Shown here in pieces: positions 39,391 through 49,341 of a stretch of 64,000 nt of DNA. Numbering within the stretch: the first letter of the stretch is position 1; every line of letters starts with the position of its first letter. The notes beneath the pieces were generated by a model. The model saw only the letters and a program-made list of their open reading frames with translations, had not been told where the DNA came from and made no database searches. The position numbers and the translations under genes are program-made. The stretch covers positions 2,976,001 through 3,040,000 of the forward strand of contig OZ252149.1 of assembly GCA_965248755.1 (NCBI GenBank). The letters run 5' to 3'. This stretch comes from Candidatus Latescibacterota bacterium. GTDB lineage: Bacteria > Latescibacterota > CBDEFO01.

Positions 39391-40250
39391 GTGGGCGGTT
39401 TTTGGGTCGAGGCTATTCCCGCAAGGTGGTAGCTTTGGCTTTGGGTTTGCATCGTTCGACTCTGTATAGGTTTAGGGATAGAGGTGTCAGTTCTTCTGTT
39501 AAAGAGCCTGTGATAGATGAGGAGCTTGCTTTTCGTATTCGAGGGATACTGGACCAAGAAGAGGCATTTGGTCACAGGCGGGTTTGGGCGCATCTTCGTT
39601 TCAAGGAAGGGGAATGTGTCAACGTTAAGAAGGTTCATAGGATAATGAAGCTTAAGGGGTGGCAGTGTAAGCTGTGGAATCGTCCCGGGAGAAAGGGGCC
39701 ACAGGTTGCCCAGAAGCGTTCTGTGGTGGATAGTCCCGACAGTTTGTGGTCGAGTGACTTGACAAAGATTTACTGTGGAAAAGATGGTTGGTGTCCTCTT
39801 ATTGCGGTGGTGGACAACGGAAGCCGGGAGGTTCCTGGGTATCGTTTTAGTCGAAAAGGGAGGGCACTGGAGGCCACAGATGCCCTGGATCGGGCCGTGA
39901 TCTCTCGATACACTTCCAAGGAGGCTGTCCCCCAGGGTCTCACTTTGCGCTCTGACAATGGTTCCATCTTTTTGGCTCGGGCCTATTTGGCCAGTACCGA
40001 ATATTGGGGAATTCGTCAGGAATACATACCAAGTGGTAAACCCGATTGGAACGGTGTTGTAGAGCGTTTTTTCAGGACCCTCAAGCAAGAGTGTGTTTGG
40101 CTTCACAAGTTTGAATCCTTTGAACAGGCTGAGAAGATCATATCTCAGTGGATCGATAATTACAACAAGAACAGGCTTCATTCATCCCTGGGATATAAGA
40201 CCCCAAAAGAGTGGAGAAAACAATTTTATCTACTACCCCAGGTTGCTTAA
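39387..40250 (+). CDS. IS3 transposase OrfB (rve/DDE)
   Basis: WSSDLT, SDNGS, NGVVERFFRTLKQE and YN..RLHSSLGY motifs. Confidence 0.9.
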   Translation: MSGRFLGRGYSRKVVALALGLHRSTLYRFRDRGVSSSVKEPVIDEELAFRIRGILDQEEAFGHRRVWAHLRFKEGECVNVKKVHRIMKLKGWQCKLWNRPGRKGPQVAQKRSVVDSPDSLWSSDLTKIYCGKDGWCPLIAVVDNGSREVPGYRFSRKGRALEATDALDRAVISRYTSKEAVPQGLTLRSDNGSIFLARAYLASTEYWGIRQEYIPSGKPDWNGVVERFFRTLKQECVWLHKFESFEQAEKIISQWIDNYNKNRLHSSLGYKTPKEWRKQFYLLPQVA

Positions 40251-40331
40251 TTGGTGTCGCTTTCCTGGGAAGCAGTACAAAAGGTATAATATGAATGTCA
40301 GTTGTTGAACCAAGGTATAATATATGCAGCC

Positions 40332-40493
40332 ATGAAAAAACTATTTGCAGTCTTCATTGCTCTGGGATTTGTACTTGTCACCGTCCGGAAGAGTTCTGCT
40401 CACCTGCGAATGGATAGAAGCTTAGTCGCTGTGCTAGTGCCCATTGGTACCAGATGGGGGACCTTGCGAAACCGATACAACAGAGCTGGCTAA
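40332..40493 (+). pseudogene. Truncated 5' fragment of a sixth DOMON/TWGRIK-family paralogue
   Basis: MKKLFAVFIALGFV..SSAHLRMDRSLVAVLVPIG matches the N-terminus of 16358-17278. Confidence 0.7.
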
Positions 40494-40499
40494 GGGGAA

Positions 40500-41960
40500 G
40501 TGTTAACCATGAATGACCAAGATATAGTACCGATCGTTTTGAAATGGAAAGAGAACATAGCGTTTGAGTGCAAAAGAGCTGACGTTAAGCCATCTAAGCT
40601 ATTAAAAACGATTGTTGCTTTTGCAAATACTGAAGGTGGAGTCCTTGTCGTCGGACTAGAGGATCCCTTGAAAGCACGCGCTGAAAAGAGGCTGATTGGA
40701 ATTAGTGAGAACCTAGACAATGTTTCAGAGTTTTTGAAATTGATTGAAAGGGAAATTGATCCCCCATTGCAGTCGTGGCAGGAAAAGCATCTTCCAATCA
40801 CAAATACTCAAAAAGATGACGATCAATTACTAGTGGTGTATGTAGAAAAGAGCAACGATGTGCATTCACTAAAGCAGGGCGACACTTTAGTTCGGCGTGG
40901 AAACCAGATTGCAAAAATTGGATCTAAGCAAATTATACGACTCCAGTATGAAAAGGGATCCATCAAATTTGAGGATGAGTTATCAGGAATACGAAACCTT
41001 GAAGAACTTGATGGAAAACTACTAGGCAAGTACAAGAAAGATACAAGGAGCGAAAGTCAAGACAATTGGCAATTCCTAAAAGATAATGGGCTTGCGGTGA
41101 AGCAGAACGACGGCTTTGAGCTTACAAAAGCAGGTGTTCTGTTGTTTGGTAACAATCCTTCTGTAATACTCGGGAATAAGTGCGGCATCAAAATCTCTCA
41201 TTATTATGGTACGAAACCGACGTACTCTGGAGAGCCAAATTTTGTGAGACAGCCGTTTACTGTTGAAGGACCTCTTTTAATTCAAATTCAGAAAACGCTG
41301 GATTACTTTATGGATGTTGTCAAGAGTTCACCACCGAAATTGCGGGGCCATGCCTTCAGACCATCCCTTCTTATTCCCGAATGGGTCTTTCAAGAAGCGG
41401 TGGCAAACACTGTTATCCATAGGAACTATTTTCTCCAAGATGATATCCAGATTAGATTTTTTGATGACCACATAGAAATTGAGAGCCCAGGAATATACCC
41501 GGGGCACATTACAGTAAGGAACATCAGAAGCGAAAGATTCGCTCGCAATCCTCTTATTCAGCGTACATTAAGCCGCTTTCGAGAATCCCCCAACTTGGAT
41601 ATAGGCGAAGGAGTGGATCGCATGTTTGAAATTATGAAGGAGCATAACCTTTATGATCCAATTTACTCTCCATCTACAGTGAAACATTCTGTGCTATTAT
41701 ATCTCTTTAACGTACAGAGAACAGAATATTGGGACACAGTGAGTAAATACTTGGATGAGCATCATAGAATCACCAATAGCGAAGCAAGAAATATTACAGG
41801 AATCAAGGATACACTCAAAATGACTCGTTTATTAAAATCATGGGTCGATAGGGGGTTATTAGAAAAGATTGGAGAGAGGGCAAAAAGGATAGTCTATTAT
41901 ACAAAGCCTGGACAGGATATACAGAGCAGTTTATTTTCAATGGGGGTTGAAAATAAATGA
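40500..41960 (+). CDS. AlbA_2/Schlafen + HATPase_c_4 + winged-HTH protein
   Basis: FECK, IVAFANTEGG, EAVAN..IHRNY, IEIESPG, RNP and IGEG motifs. Confidence 0.85.
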   Translation: MLTMNDQDIVPIVLKWKENIAFECKRADVKPSKLLKTIVAFANTEGGVLVVGLEDPLKARAEKRLIGISENLDNVSEFLKLIEREIDPPLQSWQEKHLPITNTQKDDDQLLVVYVEKSNDVHSLKQGDTLVRRGNQIAKIGSKQIIRLQYEKGSIKFEDELSGIRNLEELDGKLLGKYKKDTRSESQDNWQFLKDNGLAVKQNDGFELTKAGVLLFGNNPSVILGNKCGIKISHYYGTKPTYSGEPNFVRQPFTVEGPLLIQIQKTLDYFMDVVKSSPPKLRGHAFRPSLLIPEWVFQEAVANTVIHRNYFLQDDIQIRFFDDHIEIESPGIYPGHITVRNIRSERFARNPLIQRTLSRFRESPNLDIGEGVDRMFEIMKEHNLYDPIYSPSTVKHSVLLYLFNVQRTEYWDTVSKYLDEHHRITNSEARNITGIKDTLKMTRLLKSWVDRGLLEKIGERAKRIVYYTKPGQDIQSSLFSMGVENK

Positions 41961-42072
41961 TAAGATGTGACTTTAGTCCCAGAACAAGTAGGTACTTAGC
42001 AATGGCCTTTATTTTCATTTTACTGGGAATGAGCCAAGTGCAGGCACAGCGGCCTGCGGAGCAGGTACAGCC

Positions 42073-42258
42073 CTACTCAAAGGGGGCGTGTTTTGATCTC
42101 GTAAAGTAGTCGAGGACACTGCTTCTGGGCAGGAGGTACTGTTTTCCCGGCTTGTAGGCTGTGAGCAATCCGAAGTGTATTAGTTGACGCAAGTGTCTTT
42201 CTGAGCACCTCAGGAACTTAGCCGCCTCCTTGACTGTAAGCATGTCCTGGGTATCCAT
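42073..42258 (-). CDS. Excisionase-like HTH_17 DNA-binding protein
   Basis: MLTVKEAAKFLRCS...L..LI..G.L.AYK.G pattern. Confidence 0.85.
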   Translation of the reverse strand: MDTQDMLTVKEAAKFLRCSERHLRQLIHFGLLTAYKPGKQYLLPRSSVLDYFTRSKHAPFE

Positions 42259-42414
42259 CTTTTTCTCCTTTGACGAAAGCCTAATTACCGTTTTTGGTTT
42301 ACGGAGACTGAAGGATTGAACCTTTTGAAGGGTTATCTATAAACTTTCTGAAAAACAAAAATTATTTTTTATAACAAAGTAATAGTAAAAAGGTTCAAAA
42401 GGTTCAGTGCTTCA

Positions 42415-44754
42415 CTATTCCTCTCTATTCTTGATAAGTCCGATTCCCCGATAATAAACTCTACCGCCGGTTCCTCTATATCTGACGGACATCTCTCCCA
42501 TACGCCTGCCAAAGACCTTATTGCTCTTCGGCCTGAAACCATTTTCTTCACAGCCTTGTACGTATGTCCTATAGGCGTCTCCCGCCGGCACACTTGCTTC
42601 AGGGTCAACGTAAAAGTATTCCTCAAATATCTGAGCTATGTCGTCCTCCTCATCCTTATAGGCCTTCGTGGCCATCTTGACAGTATCTGGAGGCGCGAGG
42701 CCGTGTTCTTGGAAGTCGAGGCAGCCCTGGACGAGGCACGAGAGTATGCCCGATCCCTCTACTTTCAGTTTCTCCGCCAGGTTGGGGTCTCGCTTTCTTT
42801 CGTGGTCTCTTTGCGGGTCGTCCACAAACGAGAGATTGAAGGGTATCAGTCTGATTCTCTCCCAGAGGGCGTAGTCGTAGGCGTTTGCCTTCGGCTTGTG
42901 GTTGGTCTGGAGGAAGAGAGTAAAGGTGGGCCGAAACTCCACCTGGTGCTTCCCGTAGACCTCTCTTGCCACAAGGGAGTCTCCGCCTGATAGCCACTTG
43001 ACCTGACTGGTGTCCAGGTGGCGTCCCTCGTCGGATTCCGACGCCCAGACGAGGCGCTTGCCTCTGAGGGCCATCAGCTCCGATCTGGGAGAAGAGGCTG
43101 CGGGCCGAAAGCGGTTGTATAAGAGCATCTCCTTGGGGGCCTGCGAGACATAGGGACCCAGCACATCTGACAGCGCCTGAAACAAGGTCCCCTTGCCGTT
43201 CCTTCCCTGTCCCCAGAAGATGTAGAATTCGTGCTGTGTCGAAAGCCCTAACATAGAGTAGCCCAGCAGTCTCTTGACGTAGGAGATCAGCTCCTGATCC
43301 TCGTCGAAGATCTGAAAGAGGAACTCCTCCCATGCGGGACAAGGGGCGTCTGTCCCCTTCTTGGGACAGCCAATGTCTGTCCCCTTGTACTCCGTGGGGC
43401 AGACTGTCTTTATGTATTCCTCTTGTCTGCCTTCTCTCAATTCTCCCGTTCTGAGGTCTATAACGCCGTTGGGGCATGCCAGCAGGTAGGGGTTTCTGTC
43501 CCATTCGTGGCCCTCTATCGCCAGGGAATCTGCGCCGCTGGATGCGAGTTCAAGGACTTCGTCTGCCCGCCGCCTCGTGCTGAGCTGTCCGATTCTCTTT
43601 CTCAGCTGCTTCGTCTTCGTCTCGTTCTCCCCGATAGCTTCAATCGCTGTCTGGCTCTGTCTGTAGAGAGCGTCTTTATAGATCTGGATCACGCCCTCTA
43701 CGGAGGCCCTCGCCTCCCTGATCCTGTCGGGCGCCCAGAAGTGCCCCTTCCACTCGTACCATGTACCCTGGGAGCTGTCGTAGCAGAATCTGTCTCTGTA
43801 GAGCTTGACGAACAGTTTGGCGTCTCCGCGCTCGCCGTCGGAGAGAGCACAGAGGGTGTCCCCTGAAAGAGCGTAGGGGGTGTCACCTGAAAGAGCACAG
43901 AGGGTGTCCTCTGAAAGAGCACGAAGGGTGTCACTCTTTGGCTCTCCGTTGTAGGCGTTCGTGCCTACAGCGTAGGCATACGTGCCTGCCTTGTAGGCAC
44001 GCGTCCTGCCAATGGAGACCACGACCTGCTCCAGCTCCGATAGCTCAAGCGGAGGCCTGTTCTTCAGGTTCCATTCGACTAACTCTGCGCTGACCTCTGT
44101 CTTTGTCTTTCCCTGCCCGAAGAAGTGTCCGGCCAATCTTGCCGCGGAGTCGTTTCTGGAGCCTTCATCCACGCCATTTTCTAAAGACGGTAGAACAGAC
44201 ATTCTTGACTGTTTTTGTTCCCCGTCAGACAGGAACGTCTGACCTACTTTGCACGCATCTATTATCCATTTTGGACAGTCTGAGGGCATCTGGTTGTCGG
44301 GAGAGATGCGCCACTCGTATCGCCCTTTTTGATTCTCTGACGGAGGCACGACCACGTATCCGCCGTTTGCTCTCAGGTCTATGCCCTTCCGTCTGGCGAA
44401 ATTGCGGAGCAGTTTGGCTTCATCTCCGTCTTTCGGCATAGCGTAGAAGTAGTGGCGGCCGCCGGAGCCGGTCTTGCTGTACACAGTCGGCTCTCCGTCG
44501 TCCAGTTTCTCGAATGAGGTTATACCTTCTGATCCGTCCAGATCTACCACCACGACATTGGATATGTTGCCTGTCACGATCCCGATCTGTGCGTCTTTAT
44601 AGTCTCTCCACCACAACATAATCTGCTCCGGAGTCGCCCGCCCGCGCTGGTAGGCAAGCCACGAGATATAGGGCTTCTTGTCCGGCCGAACAGGGATCAC
44701 AGACCAGCCGATGGATTCATAGCCGAGCGCCGCAGATAATAGTTCGTCTGGCAT
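42415..44754 (-). CDS. Bifunctional prim-pol + PriCT + D5/P4-type SF3 helicase
   Basis: VVVDLD, TGSGGRH.FY, DLRA.GGYVV.PPS, GSRN, Walker A GQGRNGKGT, TNHKP. Confidence 0.92.
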   Translation of the reverse strand: MPDELLSAALGYESIGWSVIPVRPDKKPYISWLAYQRGRATPEQIMLWWRDYKDAQIGIVTGNISNVVVVDLDGSEGITSFEKLDDGEPTVYSKTGSGGRHYFYAMPKDGDEAKLLRNFARRKGIDLRANGGYVVVPPSENQKGRYEWRISPDNQMPSDCPKWIIDACKVGQTFLSDGEQKQSRMSVLPSLENGVDEGSRNDSAARLAGHFFGQGKTKTEVSAELVEWNLKNRPPLELSELEQVVVSIGRTRAYKAGTYAYAVGTNAYNGEPKSDTLRALSEDTLCALSGDTPYALSGDTLCALSDGERGDAKLFVKLYRDRFCYDSSQGTWYEWKGHFWAPDRIREARASVEGVIQIYKDALYRQSQTAIEAIGENETKTKQLRKRIGQLSTRRRADEVLELASSGADSLAIEGHEWDRNPYLLACPNGVIDLRTGELREGRQEEYIKTVCPTEYKGTDIGCPKKGTDAPCPAWEEFLFQIFDEDQELISYVKRLLGYSMLGLSTQHEFYIFWGQGRNGKGTLFQALSDVLGPYVSQAPKEMLLYNRFRPAASSPRSELMALRGKRLVWASESDEGRHLDTSQVKWLSGGDSLVAREVYGKHQVEFRPTFTLFLQTNHKPKANAYDYALWERIRLIPFNLSFVDDPQRDHERKRDPNLAEKLKVEGSGILSCLVQGCLDFQEHGLAPPDTVKMATKAYKDEEDDIAQIFEEYFYVDPEASVPAGDAYRTYVQGCEENGFRPKSNKVFGRRMGEMSVRYRGTGGRVYYRGIGLIKNREE
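43837..43932 (-). repeat. Four 24-bp tandem repeats inside the primase-helicase linker
   Basis: gacaccc.....gctct.tc.g.. repeated four times (DTLRALSE, DTLCALSG, DTPYALSG, DTLCALSD). Confidence 0.85.
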
Positions 44755-44889
44755 CTGGCTTCCTCTTGGCGTTGTAGGGGTATATGTGCCTTCGGCAAGA
44801 TGTGCCGAAGGCAAGATGTGCGTGTCCTCTACAAAGGTGCTGTCTACTATTTAAGTGCATATACATTAGTACACTATTGTAACTGACAT

Positions 44890-44940
44890 AATATAGGACA
44901 TGCAAAGGCCAAAGTCAAGCCGCAATCTTCCTATATGGAG
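44890..44940 (-). promoter_or_regulatory. Promoter TTGACT-N17-TATATT with upstream 21-bp motif, for the primase/xis operon
   Basis: Same boxes and motif as at 58868-58937. Confidence 0.75.
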
Positions 44941-45156
44941 TGAGAAAGGTTTCTGCGCTCGTACGTGCGCGTGCGTTTGCTCAGTTTGGGTCAGTCCCAG
45001 CGCCAGCGGAAAGGTACTTGAGTCGGGCGAGTGATCCCTGATAGAAGCAGTCGGGGACGCCCCTGCGTTGTGTCTGCTCTCTTGACTTTTCCCCACGAAT
45101 TCATCATACTACCAGGTGGAATCAGGAAGGGGCGCCTACTTTGTAGGAGTTGAACA

Positions 45157-45498
45157 ATGCGTGATATCATAACAATATCCGTCCTTTTTACTGTGCTGGG
45201 GATGTTGCATCCATCAGGCCCATGTGCGGAGGAGATAACCAAACTGGATCTCCTGCAGATGGAAAACAGGCTGAAAGAGTATATAGATCTGAGGATTTCT
45301 TCTGTACACATCAGGATAGATGAAATGGACAAAAGGATTGGCTTAGTTCAGTGGATGATAGCCTTTCTTTTTATCATAATAGTAGTTATTCAGGGGATAC
45401 CTCAGTTTGCAACTTTCTACAGAGAGCGACGAGACACTTTGGAATTCAGTCACCGTCTGGATCAGATGGAGCAGAAATTAAGCAGTCTGGCACAATAG
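45157..45498 (+). CDS. Hypothetical membrane protein (moron-like, opposite strand)
   Basis: RBS aggag, signal peptide, coil and one TM helix. Confidence 0.65.
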   Translation: MRDIITISVLFTVLGMLHPSGPCAEEITKLDLLQMENRLKEYIDLRISSVHIRIDEMDKRIGLVQWMIAFLFIIIVVIQGIPQFATFYRERRDTLEFSHRLDQMEQKLSSLAQ

Positions 45499-45609
45499 AA
45501 AGCAAAATTCCTGACTACCTCGTTTTGCCCATCGGGAGAGTGGTCCCCGATAGATTCAATCGGGGATCGCCCCTGCGTTGTGTCTGAAGTCCCAGCAACA
45601 TAGATAGTT

Positions 45610-45840
45610 TCATCTCAACCACCTCCCGAAGAAGGGCACAGTCGCCGAAAGCGCCTCTGCCAGTTCCTCTATGACTTCCTCCACTTCTTCCTGAGTCCAG
45701 CCGTCTTTTCTGTTGGCTCTTATGCTGGTTACCACATCCTCCCACTCCTTTGCAGCCTTCCTGGACCGCTTATACCAGACGGCGGCAAAGAGACCTATCC
45801 CTGTTACTGCGCCTCCGATTCCCATAATCCAGTCGAACAT
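45610..45840 (-). CDS. Small membrane protein of the lysis cassette (holin-like)
   Basis: N-terminal TM helix; one-base overlap with the upstream gene. Confidence 0.55.
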   Translation of the reverse strand: MFDWIMGIGGAVTGIGLFAAVWYKRSRKAAKEWEDVVTSIRANRKDGWTQEEVEEVIEELAEALSATVPFFGRWLR

Positions 45841-46082
45841 TATTTGTCACCTCCTAAAATGGATTTTAGCGCCATCATGACTCCTGCTGCTCCGCCTCCT
45901 GTTATTGACCCCCAGAGACCCGATTTGACCTTGAGTTGAGCGACATCCTCTTTCATCCCGATGATCATTCGATTATTCTCCTTCACATCACGGCTCACCG
46001 ATTCGATGTATTCGGTCAGATTGTCCAGCCGGGCTACAACTTCGCCCTCAAAGCGACCTCTTTGTCTGTCGTTATCATTCAC
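45840..46082 (-). CDS. Coiled-coil + C-terminal TM protein (holin-like)
   Basis: Directly after the amidase; hydrophobic C-terminus. Confidence 0.55.
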   Translation of the reverse strand: MNDNDRQRGRFEGEVVARLDNLTEYIESVSRDVKENNRMIIGMKEDVAQLKVKSGLWGSITGGGAAGVMMALKSILGGDK

Positions 46083-46576
46083 TTTAAGAACCTCCCAAGT
46101 ATCTCTCTAATCTGATCCATCTCTATATCGGGGCACGTCTTACTGGTCGCAAAGTTCGGCTTGACCCTTCCGATCTCGTAGTGTCCTATCACGTTCTGGG
46201 GGCGAACGCCGAACTGTCTCATCCATCTCTGGGTCTGCCGGAGCGCAGTGCAGATCTGGTTGAGTGTGTAGTCTCCGCCCCTTCCTATAAGGCAGATGGA
46301 TATGGACTCTCTATTCAGACCGTAGGCATGAGCCTGCAGCTCATCTGCCTCCAGCTCCGAATCTTGATCCAGCGGCCTGCCCGTCTCCAGCATACCATCC
46401 AGATGGGCTGCGTATCGCCCTTCTTTTCTGTCCTGTGAGGTCAGATAACCGTTCAGGATGACGGCTCCGTAACCTACCCTTGACCAGCCTCTTTCTCTGT
46501 GCCAGCCATCTATTGTGATCGCCGATCCGAACGTTGAATCGCTGGCATGCCAGACTATGTATTCAGCTCGTGACAC
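46079..46576 (-). CDS. N-acetylmuramoyl-L-alanine amidase (Amidase_2, T7 lysozyme-like endolysin)
   Basis: IVWH, WH..RGW..VGY, AHA.G.N..SI.ICL.G, IGH.E and KTCP motifs; GTG start after ggagg. Confidence 0.9.
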   Translation of the reverse strand: MSRAEYIVWHASDSTFGSAITIDGWHRERGWSRVGYGAVILNGYLTSQDRKEGRYAAHLDGMLETGRPLDQDSELEADELQAHAYGLNRESISICLIGRGGDYTLNQICTALRQTQRWMRQFGVRPQNVIGHYEIGRVKPNFATSKTCPDIEMDQIREILGRFLK

Positions 46577-46769
46577 CTTGATTCTCCTCCAATTGACAGG
46601 GTGAATGCCCTTCTGATATTGTCCCGCAGGATGTGCACTCCCATATGCCCTTTTGGGGATCATATATCATGCCCTCGTAGCAAAAGGAGCAGACCCGCCG
46701 AGGCGGATCGTATCTGATGACTTCCTGTTTCTCCTTGTCCCATTCGGCTGTGAGTTTGATTTCAGACAT
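46563..46769 (-). CDS. Small zinc-ribbon protein
   Basis: CSFC...WECTSCG. Confidence 0.55.
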   Translation of the reverse strand: MSEIKLTAEWDKEKQEVIRYDPPRRVCSFCYEGMIYDPQKGIWECTSCGTISEGHSPCQLEENQGVTS

Positions 46770-46861
46770 TGTTTTAGGTGTCCTCCAATTCCGTAGGGGC
46801 AGACCCGTGTGTCTGCCCTTCGTATGTCTGACTGGGCGAACACATGGGTTCGCCCCTACAT

Positions 46862-47476
46862 TCATACTGTCCCATCCGTTGTGTACTCTATCTCCAGATC
46901 CAATAATCTAAACAGCCCCGTGTGAGTGTCGTTCGCGCTTGCCCCCTGACGCTCCAGCTTGATGGCTGCAATATCTGTCTTTGCTGAGAGTGCAGCAGCC
47001 GGAACGTTAAAGGTGCTGTCCTGTTCATACACATTGGCGCTGTCGTCAGGATTCAAGGTGTTGGCAGATGATGTCGGCGTTCCGAGCGATGAGTTCAGGC
47101 TCGTAACAGTCCGGGAAAAGGACAGTTCCACATTCCCGCTATGGGCTGTGGTCATAACGTATGATAGGACTACGGCTATAGGCTTGGTTATGTCGCAGTC
47201 GTGCGGGCATTCAAACGATGCCCTGATGGTATTCGTGGCAGTCGTAGAGAAGTCCAGCCCGGGATAATCTCCTGTAAGGGCTTCGGCGGGCGGATTCGTC
47301 CCATCCAGCCTGATTGCTCCCCAGAGCGATGCCCGCACCAAATTGCCGGCCTTCAGATTATCAATGTCTATATTGCCGTTGAACTCGGTGTAGATGACGT
47401 CAAAGTTGCGGTTTATGGCGTATGCGCTATTTGCGCCCAAATCTCTTATCTGGTAAGGCTTGGCAATGAATCCCAT
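46862..47476 (-). CDS. Virion-associated hypothetical protein (tail-tip/needle position)
   Basis: Position after the nozzle; N-terminal AINRNF helix then beta-rich domain. Confidence 0.55.
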   Translation of the reverse strand: MGFIAKPYQIRDLGANSAYAINRNFDVIYTEFNGNIDIDNLKAGNLVRASLWGAIRLDGTNPPAEALTGDYPGLDFSTTATNTIRASFECPHDCDITKPIAVVLSYVMTTAHSGNVELSFSRTVTSLNSSLGTPTSSANTLNPDDSANVYEQDSTFNVPAAALSAKTDIAAIKLERQGASANDTHTGLFRLLDLEIEYTTDGTV

Positions 47477-47595
47477 TATCTTATCCTCTGAATCGTTTCG
47501 AGTGCGCCTGTGGGACTAGATCCACAACAGATGAATGTAGGGGCGAGGTCTACTCGCCCATGGGCTGGGAGAATGGATGCTCTGTCTATTGTCTG

Positions 47596-49086
47596 CTATC
47601 CTCTGAATCCCCTTTCGTTTGCCACAATGGACAGTCCGCCGAGCGAAAAGTCTCGCTGTGAGGACTCTGTGATCTTAAACTGGATGTATCTGCCTGCCGC
47701 ACCGTCCAGCGGCACTCTGTGGACGCTTCTGGAGTTTACGCCCGAAAGAGAGTAGCTGCCTGTGGCTGTCGCGGCAAAATCTACGAACCACTCCACGGTC
47801 AACGTCACTCCGCTTGCGTGGGCGTCCTCCACGAAGATGTAGGAATATCTGAAAAGCTTGGTCGTGTCTGCACGCTTCAAATCGAAACTTTTGGTCTTTA
47901 TCGTTACGCTTATGTCTGCCGAGGGCGGATCGTTGAGTCCCGTATCGGCCTGTGAGACGAAGCCTGTTCCATCTCCTGTCCATACTATCTGTGACTCTAT
48001 CGGGATGCCCGACAGAAGCGGATCTGCAACGTAGGCAAGTGCGTTCCCCGTGATCCCTGTGAACTTCGTCCAGGCATTGTTGAGATAGTCGTAGACGAAA
48101 ATGATCGTATTATTCGAGCCCCCCGACGGCGTCAGAGCGATCCAGTATTGATTTCTCTTTCGGTTGTGGCAAGATGCGGCCCTGGAAAGACGCGTCAGAT
48201 TAAGGGGGGTCGGACTGTCAGGGCCAGACGAGACGAGGTCCTCGATCTTTTCGGAGATGTAGTTCACTCGTGTGCCCCGAAAGGCGTAGACTCCCCTTTC
48301 GCCGTAGAAGTAGAGGCTGTCAGGGCCAGATGAATCGTCCGTGATGTTCTGTATGGAGTTTTGCGCAAGGCATCCCACGTCAGACGTGATCTGGGATACC
48401 TTGAAGATCGAGCCCGAATCACCCGACAGCGTATATATAGAGTTGCGCTTGAAGATGACCAACTGATCAAAGAGGACAGCAAGTCCGCTGATTTGATCTC
48501 CATCGTCCGGATTTATATCTATGTGGTCGCCGGATGTCCATACCTCAGGATTGTTCACCTTGGAGTAGTAGAGCCTCGATGGATCGGTAGAATTCCCCGC
48601 CAGGAAGAGATAGTTGTTGAATAGCTTCAAAAACTTTCCTTTTGGAGGAGACCCTCCCAGATCGGCGAAGGTGGTGCCGTCGTATTTCTTGACGTTATCC
48701 GTCCCGTTGGTCAGAATCAAAAGGTCGGTAAAGGTCTCAAAGCCCCACGGCAGGCCGTTGGTCAAGCCCGTAGCAATAGAATCCAACTCCAGAGTCGAAG
48801 TGTTGTACTTGTAGACCTGTGTCCCCGCCGTGACGATAATCGCCCTTGTCCCATCTTTCTTAACGTAGTCGTAGATTCCGGTTATAGAGGCAGAGATAGA
48901 GGTCAAGTTTCGCCTTTCGTGCCCCTTTCTCTTGACCCATGCGCCGTGTGTGTCCAGGTGGATATTGTCCAACTGGACAGCGTCTTTGTCTGGAAACGAC
49001 CCGACAGACGCCTTACTGTTTAGGCCTCCCGTGTTGTCAACATACGGGATCTCGATGTAGCTCTTTTTCCTTTTAGACCTTGTCAT
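47596..49086 (-). CDS. Tail nozzle / head-closure protein (P22 gp10 or T7 gp12-like beta-propeller)
   Basis: GGLN...KRKG N-terminus, RLYYS, LVIFK, VGC.A..SI, GRYIQFK. Confidence 0.75.
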   Translation of the reverse strand: MTRSKRKKSYIEIPYVDNTGGLNSKASVGSFPDKDAVQLDNIHLDTHGAWVKRKGHERRNLTSISASITGIYDYVKKDGTRAIIVTAGTQVYKYNTSTLELDSIATGLTNGLPWGFETFTDLLILTNGTDNVKKYDGTTFADLGGSPPKGKFLKLFNNYLFLAGNSTDPSRLYYSKVNNPEVWTSGDHIDINPDDGDQISGLAVLFDQLVIFKRNSIYTLSGDSGSIFKVSQITSDVGCLAQNSIQNITDDSSGPDSLYFYGERGVYAFRGTRVNYISEKIEDLVSSGPDSPTPLNLTRLSRAASCHNRKRNQYWIALTPSGGSNNTIIFVYDYLNNAWTKFTGITGNALAYVADPLLSGIPIESQIVWTGDGTGFVSQADTGLNDPPSADISVTIKTKSFDLKRADTTKLFRYSYIFVEDAHASGVTLTVEWFVDFAATATGSYSLSGVNSRSVHRVPLDGAAGRYIQFKITESSQRDFSLGGLSIVANERGFRG

Positions 49087-49236
49087 TATTCTGCGTCCTC
49101 TCAAGTGGCAGGCAGTAAACAGGGGGGTTCACCCCGAAGCAATCTCGTTTTACAGTAGACAGATCGTAGGGGCGAGGTTCACTCGCCCAGGGGGCAGGGT
49201 TCGCCCTTGCCTTTCCCTGTCTACTGTCTACTGTCT

Positions 49237-49341
49237 TACGACCCGACAGATGCCTTACTGTTTAGGCCTCCCGTGTTGTCAACATACGGGACCTCGATGT
49301 AGCTCTTTTTCCTTTTAGACGTTGTCATTATTCTACGTCCT
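49237..49341 (-). repeat. Duplicate of the nozzle 5' end (part of a tandem duplication with the spacer)
   Basis: Copy of about 48997-49101; 49166-49239 also matches 49617-49705. Confidence 0.8.

Larger units (their letters stand above)
39014..40279 (+). mobile_element. IS3-family element
   Basis: Imperfect IRs; 5-bp TSD AAAGG at 39009-39013 and 40280-40284; orfA/orfB with an A8 slippery site. Confidence 0.9.

Noticed and set aside
38865..40181. 438-aa minus-strand ORF
   Set aside because: Antisense shadow of IS3 running into the xis pseudogene
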